Part shown: positions 44,826-53,971 of the stretch, piece after piece
How positions within the stretch are numbered: position 1 is the stretch's first letter
Layout: the number at the start of each line of letters is the position of its first letter
IMG/VR virus record: IMGVR_UViG_3300042090_002148
Strand: one strand, 5' to 3'
DNA from: a virus
DNA length: 64,000 nucleotides
Translations under genes and position numbers: made by a program
The notes under the pieces: generated by a model
What the model saw: the letters and a program-made list of their open reading frames with translations, nothing else
Databases searched by the model: none
Told to the model about the DNA's origin: nothing

Positions 44826-45992
44826 ATGTCCGACGATTCCCTCGCGCCGCTCACCCTCCAGACAGCGCCCCGCAACGCGCAGGTGCTGATGGAGCAAACC
44901 TCTCACACACTCCGCACACTGGCGTACGACCTCGGGCGGCTCACCAGCGGTGAGCAGATGATGGCGTGGCATCCGCTCACGCATCAGCAGCGCGCCGAGC
45001 TCGTGCTGGTCGGTCTCCAGGAGTGGGACAAGCAGAACCCCGGCGCCTACGCCGGTCCCGTCGTCACCCCAGGTCCTCAACCCCAACCCACCCAGTCCCA
45101 GGAGACAGCCGCACCCATGAACCAGCCCCCGTACCCGCCGCAGTACCCGCAGCAGCAGCCCCAGCAGCAGTTCCCATCGCCGGCTCCGCAGCAGCCGGGC
45201 TTCGGGCAGCAGCCGCCCCAGGGATACGGAGCTCCGCAGCCGGGCTTCGCGCCGCCTCAGCAGCCGCAGGCTCCGCAGCAGCAGTACGTGCCACCCCAAG
45301 CCCCGCAGGGCGGACCTCCCCCTCCTCCGGCGTTCACGCCGCAGGCGCAGCCCTACCCCCAACAGCAGCAGCCCCAGATGGCGCCGTCGTTCCAGCCAAC
45401 GGCTCCCCAGCACGCTCCGCAGTACCCGCAGCCGGGCTTCTCCCAGCCCCCTCCGATGCAGCCGCAGGCTCCGCAGCAGATGCAGCAGCCCCAGCAGCCG
45501 CAGATGCAGCCCCAGGCACCGCAAGGAATGCCGCCGTCGTTCCAGCCGAACGGAGCTCCCCGCCCCGCAGGCTTCGCACCGCCGGCCATCGTGCCCCCGC
45601 CGCAGCCGATGCCGCCTCCCCAGCAGCCCCCTCCGATGCAGCAGCAGCCGATGTTCCCCGCTCCCGCGGGAGTCGACCCCGCTGCTCAGGGGTTCGCCGG
45701 CGCCGCGACTGCCGGCGAGGCACCGGGCAAGACGCGCGGCAAGCGCGAGCCCAAGCCGGCGGCAGCTCCCGGGGTCTCGGGTGACGCCATCCAGCTCCTC
45801 ACCAACCTCACCTCGATGGTGCAGCAGCAGGGCGAGGAGATCGCCGTGCTGAAGCGCCTGGCAGGTGTGTCCGCCGCCTCTGCGGTCACCATCTTCTGCT
45901 CCACCTACGGCGGTGACGCCGCGTCCGGACTGCAGCGCCTCCTCAGCGAGGCAGCGGTCATCACCCAGCAGCTCACCCCGGGAAAAGGCTAG
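44826..45992 (+). CDS. Protein with a long Pro/Gln-rich low-complexity region, 388 aa
   Basis: AAGGAG SD; folded-looking termini flank a ~200-aa PQ-rich tract. Confidence 0.7.
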   Translation: MSDDSLAPLTLQTAPRNAQVLMEQTSHTLRTLAYDLGRLTSGEQMMAWHPLTHQQRAELVLVGLQEWDKQNPGAYAGPVVTPGPQPQPTQSQETAAPMNQPPYPPQYPQQQPQQQFPSPAPQQPGFGQQPPQGYGAPQPGFAPPQQPQAPQQQYVPPQAPQGGPPPPPAFTPQAQPYPQQQQPQMAPSFQPTAPQHAPQYPQPGFSQPPPMQPQAPQQMQQPQQPQMQPQAPQGMPPSFQPNGAPRPAGFAPPAIVPPPQPMPPPQQPPPMQQQPMFPAPAGVDPAAQGFAGAATAGEAPGKTRGKREPKPAAAPGVSGDAIQLLTNLTSMVQQQGEEIAVLKRLAGVSAASAVTIFCSTYGGDAASGLQRLLSEAAVITQQLTPGKG

Positions 45993-46654
45993 TCGCCGTC
46001 CTCGACGACCCGTGGCCTGGCGCTGTTCGTGCTGGGGTGGAGACGTTCTCCCTCGCCAGCACAGCAGTGGATACGCTGGACTACGGGTCGCTCGTCGAGC
46101 TCGCACGGCAGCTCGGTCTCCTTGTTCTCGAGGAACAAGGGTACCCGGAGATGATCCGGACGCGACTGAGGCGCTCGCAGCAGCTGTGAAGAATGGAACT
46201 TCGCCGTGTACGGAATCTCGTGCACGGCGAAGGGCCGCCTCAGGTACTCGAGCGTTGCAACCAGCTTCTGCAGATTGCCCTCCAGGTGTCCGACGAACAC
46301 GTTGCAGCGCGAGCACAAGAGCCCTCGCACGGTGTTCTTGCGATGACAGTGATCAACACCCAGCCTCTTTGCTTTACCTGTCCGAGAGTCAACTGCGGTC
46401 TCGGGTTTCTTGCAGATGGCGCACACACCGCCCTGCTCGTCGAACATCTGTTGCCAGACCTTCAACGGCAAACCGTAGTCGCGCAACAGATCCTTTCTTT
46501 GTCCATACGAAGGGTTCGCTTTGCGTTTGGCCGCCTCGTATCCGGGTGCGCTTTGCCTGGCACGCGTACACGGTCGACACGGACCACTGGGATAGCGATC
46601 TGTGGCCCCACAAACGCTGCATGGCTTCTCGAGCCGCTCCGTGGTTGCTGCCAC
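45989..46654 (-). CDS. Endonuclease VII-type HNH endonuclease
   Basis: YGLPL..QGGVCAIC..VDHCH..VRGLLCSRCN. Confidence 0.9.
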   Translation of the reverse strand: MAATTERLEKPCSVCGATDRYPSGPCRPCTRARQSAPGYEAAKRKANPSYGQRKDLLRDYGLPLKVWQQMFDEQGGVCAICKKPETAVDSRTGKAKRLGVDHCHRKNTVRGLLCSRCNVFVGHLEGNLQKLVATLEYLRRPFAVHEIPYTAKFHSSQLLRAPQSRPDHLRVPLFLENKETELPCELDERPVVQRIHCCAGEGERLHPSTNSARPRVVEDGD

Positions 46655-46660
46655 TTTTTC

Positions 46661-47050
46661 TTAGCCGTTCGGCGGCGGGGGATCCGAGTCACCCGGCAGC
46701 GACAGGTTCCACTTCTTCTTCAGGACAGCCGAGATGCCGCGGTAGCCACCCGAGGAGAACCACCCGAGCGCGAAGCCGTAGAGCACGAGGGACAGCCTCG
46801 TAACGGAGGCCACCGGCGGGTACGGGTAGTACTGCGGGGACACGACGAGGCAGAAGAGGGTGCCGAGCAGCGCAGGGAGCGCCGGCAAGAAGAACATCTC
46901 CCAGACACGCTGCGCCCTAGAGACCGGCGTGGCGTTGGAGAGCGTGGGCCACAGCGCCTCTACGAGACGGCGGATGAGCAGCGTCAGCACGGCGAGCACC
47001 ACGATGAGGCACGCGGTCGGAACCGTCAGGATGTCGTCGAGCTTGTTCAT
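46661..47050 (-). CDS. Holin-like membrane protein, 129 aa
   Basis: Three hydrophobic segments and a basic C-terminus; end of the tail operon; no endolysin recognised in the window. Confidence 0.55.
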   Translation of the reverse strand: MNKLDDILTVPTACLIVVLAVLTLLIRRLVEALWPTLSNATPVSRAQRVWEMFFLPALPALLGTLFCLVVSPQYYPYPPVASVTRLSLVLYGFALGWFSSGGYRGISAVLKKKWNLSLPGDSDPPPPNG

Positions 47051-47051
47051 G

Positions 47052-50000
47052 TCACACCTGGATGGGCGAGATGCCGCTGGGAAGACTCACAGCGTAGTAC
47101 TGGCCGTTGATCCCGAGGAACTGCGTATCACCGGCAATCAGCGTCTGGTAGAGGCCGTTGCCTGGTGAAGGGTTGGCCGGCAGACGGTTGTTGCCGTAGT
47201 GCCAGGTGGCACCCTGGTCCAAGGACCAGAGCACCGTCGGCCCGCGGTTTCCTTCCGAGAGAGCGCAGACCCACAACTGTCCGAGGACGGCGATGCCAGC
47301 GCCTGTGAAGTTCGACTGCCCGAACAACGAGCCGTTGAACGTCTTGATGCTCGTCCACGTCGCCCCGTTGTCCGTCGACTTGTAGACCGAGGTGTTGCCG
47401 TCCCCAGAGCCCGACAGGCCCACGAGGGCGAGAAAGACAGGCTGCAGCGGGTTGGTGTTGTCGACCGCGAGCCCGTTGAGGAAGTGGCCGTTGTTCGCCC
47501 CGAACGGGTTGGTGACCGCCGAGAAGGTCGCTCCATCGGTCGTGCTCACGATGACCGAGGTGTACGTCCCCGTGCCGTTGTTCCAGACGGTCGTCCCGAA
47601 GATCGCCGCAGTCGACGCCTGGCCCGGCGGTGTCGCGACCGCCGAGTAGACATTGAACGGTGAGTTCGGACCGCTGAGGCCCGTCCAGGCTGCGGGGAGT
47701 GCGCCTGCGATGTTGGTCCAGCTCGTGCCGGTTGTCGACTTGACTCCGCCGCCCGAGGTGATAGCTCCGCCGACTCCTGCGGAGCCTGCAACGCCGAGCA
47801 CGATGAACTCGCCGGCAGAAGGAGACGTGTAGAACCACGCAGCCGCGGCCAAGACGAAGTTGGGCTCGGCACTGCCGCTGACGATCGTGTACGACCAAGT
47901 ACCGTTGAACGGACAGTACGCGTAACCGCCGAAGGCCGTGCTGACGGGTCCGAGGATCTGGATCATCTCCCCGTTCAAGGGGTTCACGCACACCGCGATC
48001 GAGAGCATCAGATCCGAGAGCGTGCCTGATCCGTAGGAGGACCAAGTCTTCCCACCGTCCGTCGAGATGGAGGGCTGGTGGAGCACGGACGACAGCTGCC
48101 ATCCGCCAACCACCCAGCGGTAGCCGAACGGATCCCAGCAGGCCGAGAAACTGCCCTGCATGTTGCTGCCCTGGCCCGGGTACTGACCGGTCGTGGGCCA
48201 GTCGATGGCGGTGAGTGCTCGCCATGCGCCACGGTCCGGCACGTAGTCGTTCGCCGATGTGTCGCCGAAGCGAGTGACCATGCCGATGGGGGTCTGGAAC
48301 GGCAGGATCTCGATCTCGTAGATGTCGATCGCGTTGGCCGCGCCCGTGAGCGGAGGAACGTTGGTCCCCCAGGGGTCTCCATAGTTGACGGTCTTGCCTG
48401 CGGCGCTCGCGAGGAAGTTCGTCGCACCGAACGCGCATCCCGCACTGTTCTGCTGGATGATGACCTTGATCTTCCGACCCGGCTGCAGCGGGTAACCCGA
48501 GGGACTGATGCTGTCCGCCGTCTGGTTGCTCACGTACCCGATGTTGAGCGTGTACGCGCCGCTCGCGAGGTCCAAGTAGAACGTGTCGAAGTGGTCGAGG
48601 TCGAGTGTCCAGGTGACCGTCCCGGGTGAGGTGAAGCGCGCGTTGTTCCCCGTCACACCGAGGTCGCTGTCCGTCGAGTTGGTGTTGTAGCCGGCATAGA
48701 CCTGCTGCGAGTAGCCGTAGTGGACGCCACCGTCGCTCGTAAGGAACGCGAGCTCTTCCCAGAGCCCACCGCTGCCCGAGATGCTCGACTGGTTGAACGA
48801 GCCCCAGCCCAGGATGCGGTTCCCATCCACGAGGTTGGTGTCACGCCCGAAGTAGTTCATCGACACGCCGGCAGGCGGACCGTTGTACTGGCCGTACCCA
48901 GCCGAGCTCGCGGAGTTGGTGTCGGTCGCCGGAGGCGGGATGACGAGGAAGAGCCCGTCGTCGTTGTAGATCGGCAGGTTGCCTGGCAGCGGATCCGTGA
49001 GGAAGTACTGCTTCGACGCCATCGCGCCGTTGCCGTGCACCATCGTGGGAGTGACCCACTCGACGTTCGTCACGGTCACCGGGAGCGTGTCCAGGTCATC
49101 GGACGGGCCGCCATCGAGCATCGTGAAGTAGACAACCTTGGCGTTGCTGGCGGAGAGCTCCACCATGCGCACGACGATGACGTTGCCGGATGCCAGCGTG
49201 AGGCGGAGAAGGTCACGTCCCAGCCCGACAGCAGTGCGCTTGGTGCCGTTGGTGTCCGCCTGCCAGAAGTAGGTGTTCGAGACGCTGTCGAGGGTCAGGT
49301 AGTAGAGCCCCGTGAACGAGCCGCTCGCGATGGTCCCTGTGGCGCTGCCGGTGATGCGCGTCCAGTACCCCTGCCCCGCGCTGGGCGCAGAGCCCACAGG
49401 CTGTGCGCGGTTGATGATGTTCGCGAAGGCGGCCACCGCGGGAGCGTGCGGAGTCTCGCCGCTGACGCTCCAGCGCTTCGTGTACGCCATGAAGCCGATG
49501 GAGCCGATGGCTCCGTAGTTGCCATTGGTGTTGATCGCCGCGTCATCCGTCAGGTCCGCGCGCCACGCGGCATTGAACGCGTCGGGCATGTGCCGATCCG
49601 CGATCTCTGACTTCATCGTCATGGCCTGGGCAGTGCGGACGGCAACAGCGCCTGCTCCTGGCGTGTTCTCAGTGCCCCCATCGCCGGTCGTCGAGAGGTT
49701 GTAGAGCCCATTCAGCCCGCGCGTGGTGAGATCGAAGATGGTCGAGTCCCAGGGGTCGCTCCATGCCTCGCTGTTGCCGTGCAGCTGCCGCAGGAGCTCC
49801 TGCGCGTTGAAGACCGTCTTGTAGAGACGCTCCGGACCTCGAAGAAGAGCATCTGCGGGAAGACTCGCGAGACATGTCCGTCGGCCGAAGATGATGCGGT
49901 ACTGCACGCCCTCGGGGATGGTCGCGTTGTACGTGAGCTGCACGTCACCCGTCGAGAACCCGCCGCTGCCCGCCGCGGTAGGAGGGGTGCCGAGATCCGT

Positions 50001-50441
50001 GGCCGTGTGCACCACGACCTGCGTGCCTGCGACGTTGATCTGATCCCCGCCGGTGGTGAGGATGATGAAGCCGAAGTTCTGGTCCTGATCCTGTCCCATA
50101 AAGATGGGACCCGTTAGAGCGTAGGGAATCGTCGCGCCCGTATCGCCGCCTGCCCCCGCGGTCATCGTGGCCGAGGGCCATTCGATGGCGAGATCAGCAT
50201 GCAGGATGTTGTCGATGAAGTCCGTGTTCTGCGCGAGGGCCATCGCGGGACGGTTCACGTTCTTGCTGGTGCCGTCGTCCGTGAAGGCGACGAAGTACGT
50301 CCCCGCGTTGATCCCGTCCGCCCTCTGTCCATCGGCGAGTGCGGGGGTGCCCGTGACCGCGTTGTTGATGTAGTCGTAGTTCGACGGCAGGGCACCGAAG
50401 TACGTGGGGACCGTGAGGCGGTGGAAGACAGGCGTCGTCAT
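47052..50441 (-). CDS. Tail fibre/receptor-binding protein with C-terminal Asp-box beta-propeller, 1129 aa
   Basis: STDGGKTW, STTDGATF, KSTDNGATW and WSLDQGATW BNR repeats; paralogous to the adjacent gene. Confidence 0.8.
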   Translation of the reverse strand: MTTPVFHRLTVPTYFGALPSNYDYINNAVTGTPALADGQRADGINAGTYFVAFTDDGTSKNVNRPAMALAQNTDFIDNILHADLAIEWPSATMTAGAGGDTGATIPYALTGPIFMGQDQDQNFGFIILTTGGDQINVAGTQVVVHTATDLGTPPTAAGSGGFSTGDVQLTYNATIPEGVQYRIIFGRRTCLASLPADALLRGPERLYKTVFNAQELLRQLHGNSEAWSDPWDSTIFDLTTRGLNGLYNLSTTGDGGTENTPGAGAVAVRTAQAMTMKSEIADRHMPDAFNAAWRADLTDDAAINTNGNYGAIGSIGFMAYTKRWSVSGETPHAPAVAAFANIINRAQPVGSAPSAGQGYWTRITGSATGTIASGSFTGLYYLTLDSVSNTYFWQADTNGTKRTAVGLGRDLLRLTLASGNVIVVRMVELSASNAKVVYFTMLDGGPSDDLDTLPVTVTNVEWVTPTMVHGNGAMASKQYFLTDPLPGNLPIYNDDGLFLVIPPPATDTNSASSAGYGQYNGPPAGVSMNYFGRDTNLVDGNRILGWGSFNQSSISGSGGLWEELAFLTSDGGVHYGYSQQVYAGYNTNSTDSDLGVTGNNARFTSPGTVTWTLDLDHFDTFYLDLASGAYTLNIGYVSNQTADSISPSGYPLQPGRKIKVIIQQNSAGCAFGATNFLASAAGKTVNYGDPWGTNVPPLTGAANAIDIYEIEILPFQTPIGMVTRFGDTSANDYVPDRGAWRALTAIDWPTTGQYPGQGSNMQGSFSACWDPFGYRWVVGGWQLSSVLHQPSISTDGGKTWSSYGSGTLSDLMLSIAVCVNPLNGEMIQILGPVSTAFGGYAYCPFNGTWSYTIVSGSAEPNFVLAAAAWFYTSPSAGEFIVLGVAGSAGVGGAITSGGGVKSTTGTSWTNIAGALPAAWTGLSGPNSPFNVYSAVATPPGQASTAAIFGTTVWNNGTGTYTSVIVSTTDGATFSAVTNPFGANNGHFLNGLAVDNTNPLQPVFLALVGLSGSGDGNTSVYKSTDNGATWTSIKTFNGSLFGQSNFTGAGIAVLGQLWVCALSEGNRGPTVLWSLDQGATWHYGNNRLPANPSPGNGLYQTLIAGDTQFLGINGQYYAVSLPSGISPIQV

Positions 50442-50450
50442 GGTCGTTCC

Positions 50451-52556
50451 TCAGAATGATACGGCAGACTGACCCACCGAGAGAGAGGTCGCGTAGTGGT
50501 CTCCGTTGTACGCCAGGAACTGCGTACCGGAGCTGACGATGCTGTTCAGGGCGGAGAAGCCCGTCGAGCCGAACTGCAGCGGGAGGTTGCAGTAGCGCCA
50601 GGTTGCTCCTTGGTCCTGCGAGTAGATCGAGGGCTGCTCCCAGGCCTCAGCGTAGCCCTGCTCTTGTCCGGGACCGACGAGCATGACCCACGTGGAGCCG
50701 TTGCAAGCGACGCCAGTGTTCCCGATGCCGATGAAGCCCAAGCTACGGACCATCGTCCACGTAGTGCCGTTGTCTCGTGTCACCCAGACTTCGGTGGCCC
50801 CGGTGCCCAGATTGAGCGCACCTACGACGAAGGCAGGATTCGGAGAAGATGTGTCAGCCGCGATGCCGTTGATGAAGTAGTTCGAGAACCCGGGGGGCGT
50901 GACGTCCGTGAAGGTGTTGCCGTCGGTCGTGCAGATGAACACCGGAGGAACGGAGCCAAACAACACTCCGCTTTGTACGAACATCATCACGCTCGATGTC
51001 TGCGCGCGGTACACCGACATGCCCGTGCCGGTCTCGCCTGTCCAGTTGGGGATGCCGGACACCGCAGAACCCGTGTACTTCGACCAGGTGCTTCCGTTAT
51101 CGGAGTACCAGACCTCTCCACCGGTGGTCGATGTGTACGACGCACCCGTAAAGCCGGCGGCGATGAAGCGGCCTGCATGTGCACCAGTCTCCATGCACAT
51201 CATCTGGCCGCCCCAGTGACGGGGATAGGAGCTGCTGCCGAGGTAGTACGTCCACGTGGCTGACCCGCCGCCTCCCGCGACGTAGGCGATGCCACCCCCA
51301 CCAGCCGGTCCAGAGGGACCGTTGCCGATGTACATGACCGTCTCACCGTCCGTAGAACGCACACAGATGTCGATCGGTGAGCAGTACGTGGAGGCCTGCG
51401 TGGGAGACGAGACCGCGTTCCACGTCAGCCCCCCGTCGTGGGAAGCAACAGGCACCTGGATGGTGTTGTGCCCGCCCGTGCCGTTGAGCACGCAGGCCAA
51501 CCAGCGGCTGTAAGCCCCATCCCAGCAGACGCAGGCCGTTGCGTAGGTGCCCATGTCCGTCCCGACCACGGGCCAGTTCGTGGCCCCCATCGAGGATGCG
51601 GTGTTGCTCTGGACCGGCGTGTAGCGGGTCGAGAGCCATGCGCCCAGGGAGCTCGGCTCGGTGTCCGTCGGCTTGATGACGTTGACCCCGTCATCGGCAA
51701 GCGCAGAGGTGGAGTTCCAGGCGAAGAGCCCGCAGCCCACCACCATGGCGATCTCGTTCGAGACAAGACCTCCACTCGAGATCGCGCGTAGGGCCGCGAT
51801 GCTGGCGACCTGCGCGAGCACGTTGACTCCCGTCACCGTGGTGAGCTGGTCGAGAGCGTAGATGGTCGTGTCCCACGCCGAGTTCCAGGCCTCGGTGTTG
51901 CCGTGGAGGCTGTAGAGGATCGCCTGGATCTTCTGGAGAGCAGTGGGGTAGTCGAAGGCTGCGCGAAGGAGCTCATCTCCCGCGAGGCTTGCCAGGTTCG
52001 TCCGCTTCCCGTACCCGATGTAGTACTGCACTCCCGCGGGGATGGTGACGTTGAACGTCAGAAGAACCGCCCCAGTAGACATGCCGCCACCGATGGAGAC
52101 GGGCGGCACACCCTGGTCGACGGCCGTGTCCACTACGACCGGGCCACCGTCAAGCATGAGCGGGTTGTTGTTCAGGTCGTAGACCACGAACAGAACGGTC
52201 GGTGACGAACCGCCCGACCCCATGAAGCAAGGACCTGGCGTGATGAGCCGCGTTGCATCGCCGCCGCCCCCGGCTGTGAAGACGGCCGAGCCTGTGAAGT
52301 TCCCCAGGTCGACGTGCATCAGGTTGTCGATGAGGTCGGTGTTCTGCGCGAGGGCGAGGTTTCCCCGGTTGACGTTCGCGCTGGCTGCCGACTCCTGAAA
52401 CGCCGTGAAGTACGACCCCGCGTTGAGGCCCGTCGGGACGACCCCGTTAGCCGGAGCCGGAGTCCCCGTGACCGCGTTGTTGATGTAGTCGTAGTCGCTG
52501 GGCAACCCGCCGAAGTAGCTCGGCACGGTCAGACGGTGGAAGACAGGCGTGGTCAT
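50451..52556 (-). CDS. Tail fibre/receptor-binding protein with Asp-box beta-propeller, 701 aa
   Basis: SHDGGLTW, YSDNGSTW, TRDNGTTW, YSQDQGATW; shares the N-terminus MTTPVFHRLTVP with the adjacent gene. Confidence 0.8.
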   Translation of the reverse strand: MTTPVFHRLTVPSYFGGLPSDYDYINNAVTGTPAPANGVVPTGLNAGSYFTAFQESAASANVNRGNLALAQNTDLIDNLMHVDLGNFTGSAVFTAGGGGDATRLITPGPCFMGSGGSSPTVLFVVYDLNNNPLMLDGGPVVVDTAVDQGVPPVSIGGGMSTGAVLLTFNVTIPAGVQYYIGYGKRTNLASLAGDELLRAAFDYPTALQKIQAILYSLHGNTEAWNSAWDTTIYALDQLTTVTGVNVLAQVASIAALRAISSGGLVSNEIAMVVGCGLFAWNSTSALADDGVNVIKPTDTEPSSLGAWLSTRYTPVQSNTASSMGATNWPVVGTDMGTYATACVCWDGAYSRWLACVLNGTGGHNTIQVPVASHDGGLTWNAVSSPTQASTYCSPIDICVRSTDGETVMYIGNGPSGPAGGGGIAYVAGGGGSATWTYYLGSSSYPRHWGGQMMCMETGAHAGRFIAAGFTGASYTSTTGGEVWYSDNGSTWSKYTGSAVSGIPNWTGETGTGMSVYRAQTSSVMMFVQSGVLFGSVPPVFICTTDGNTFTDVTPPGFSNYFINGIAADTSSPNPAFVVGALNLGTGATEVWVTRDNGTTWTMVRSLGFIGIGNTGVACNGSTWVMLVGPGQEQGYAEAWEQPSIYSQDQGATWRYCNLPLQFGSTGFSALNSIVSSGTQFLAYNGDHYATSLSVGQSAVSF

Positions 52557-52559
52557 GAT

Positions 52560-53276
52560 TCAGGCAGCTTTCTGACCGCAACGGGTCTCGGTCCGAAGGC
52601 GATGGCAGCACGCACAGACTAGCTCGGTCTTGGCCAGCTCGGCGAGGACCTCAAGCTGCGTGAACTGCCAGCCGTTCGAGATGCTAAGGAGCTTCTCTCC
52701 GCGCACATGGTCGAAGTCCATCGCCGCTGGATGGAAGATCTCACGGCAGTCCGTACAGGGGGCCTGCTTCAGAACAAGCACCCAGCTGCGGAAGGATGCG
52801 ATCTTCTCGAGCTGCTTCAGCGCCTTGTTGCGCTTCCACGTAGGTAAGTCTGCATCCGGGAGCTTCGGCGCCGGTCGTCGCAACGCGGTGCGGACACGAT
52901 GGCAGTTGGCGCATACCGGCTCGCACTTCTCGATCTCTGCGAGCACAGTCTCGGTGGCACAGCTGTTCATCGCACTCACGTTGTTCCGTTTGCCAGGACG
53001 AACATGATCGAACTCCATGCACGGAGCAGCGAACTTCTTGCTGCAATCCATGCAGGGCACATCCTTCAGCGGATTGATCAATTCCTTGTGCGTCACGTTC
53101 TTCCTGCGCATGTAGGAAGGACGGTCACCGGGCGGACGGTGCTTCGAGATGGTGCGATCGTAGTAGGTGTTGTTGTACTTACGCGCACACGCCTTGCAGT
53201 AGACGGACAGACCATCCGGCCGAGCCTTGTTTTTCCCAAAGCCATCGATCGCACCGCACTGAGGACAGGTCTTCAT
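52560..53276 (-). CDS. HNH endonuclease with two tandem HNH domains, ~238 aa
   Basis: CMDC..FDHV..VCANCHRVRT and CTDC..FDHV..VCACCHRLRT; TGATG overlap gives start 53276. Confidence 0.85.
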   Translation of the reverse strand: MKTCPQCGAIDGFGKNKARPDGLSVYCKACARKYNNTYYDRTISKHRPPGDRPSYMRRKNVTHKELINPLKDVPCMDCSKKFAAPCMEFDHVRPGKRNNVSAMNSCATETVLAEIEKCEPVCANCHRVRTALRRPAPKLPDADLPTWKRNKALKQLEKIASFRSWVLVLKQAPCTDCREIFHPAAMDFDHVRGEKLLSISNGWQFTQLEVLAELAKTELVCACCHRLRTETRCGQKAA

Positions 53277-53971
53277 CAGAAGCGAATGGTCCACTGGATC
53301 TCGAGATCGAACGCATCGGTCTTACTGATAGTATCGAAAGTGTCATAGGCTATCGGTGCGTTGTTGTAGATGTTCGGGTTCGCTGCCGCGGTGAAGAGGC
53401 CGACCTCCGAAAGAGGGACGAGCAGGTACGGGTTGTAGCTCACATCCGTCTGCTGGAAGAGGACCGAGAAGGTCGCGTCGTAGGGCACGTCGTCGACCGA
53501 CCAGGCCGGAGCCTGCACCTGCGCGAGCCACACATCCGTCGGGTAGTAGGGGTACGGCAAGACACCACCACTCACGCGCACTGGGCGCTCGAGGGCGACG
53601 ACAGTCGGATCCGTGTCCGTCTGAATGTTGGTGCCTGGATAGGCCCCGCTGGGTGCTGGCGGTGATGCCCCGAGTGGGGAGGCATTCGCGACGCCCAAGG
53701 CGATCTGCTGGTTGCCGCCGATGCCGAGGCCCATGTACTGCACGCGGTCGTTGCGCAGCGGTGTTCCCACGCTGCCGACGAACGAGTTGTACGTGATGAG
53801 CTGAGCGAGGTACTGCCGCCCGAGGTTCAACCAGATGTTGTGCCCCTTGCGGCGCGCGACGATCTTGCCGCGCTCACGCATCGTGAGCTCGAGGTTGCTG
53901 CGGACCATCAACCGGTCGGTGATCCGCATTCCGCCGCGACGACGGCCGGGGGTGTTGGTCCTCATTCTCAT
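53276..53971 (-). CDS. Baseplate/tail-fibre attachment protein, 231 aa
   Basis: HNIWLNLGRQYLAQL..MGLGIG..LSEVGLF..TISKT..IQWTIRF pattern of tail-collar/fibre-attachment proteins. Confidence 0.6.
   Translation of the reverse strand: MRMRTNTPGRRRGGMRITDRLMVRSNLELTMRERGKIVARRKGHNIWLNLGRQYLAQLITYNSFVGSVGTPLRNDRVQYMGLGIGGNQQIALGVANASPLGASPPAPSGAYPGTNIQTDTDPTVVALERPVRVSGGVLPYPYYPTDVWLAQVQAPAWSVDDVPYDATFSVLFQQTDVSYNPYLLVPLSEVGLFTAAANPNIYNNAPIAYDTFDTISKTDAFDLEIQWTIRF

Noticed and set aside
47050-47100. TACGCT about 40 nt upstream of the holin-like gene as a late promoter
   Set aside because: Lies in coding sequence (Tyr-Ala codons) at non-leaderless spacing with no -35; may be chance
47052-52556. 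Diversity-generating retroelement target/template pair
   Set aside because: No reverse transcriptase in the window; similarity is protein-level paralogy, not adenine-specific variation of a near-identical repeat
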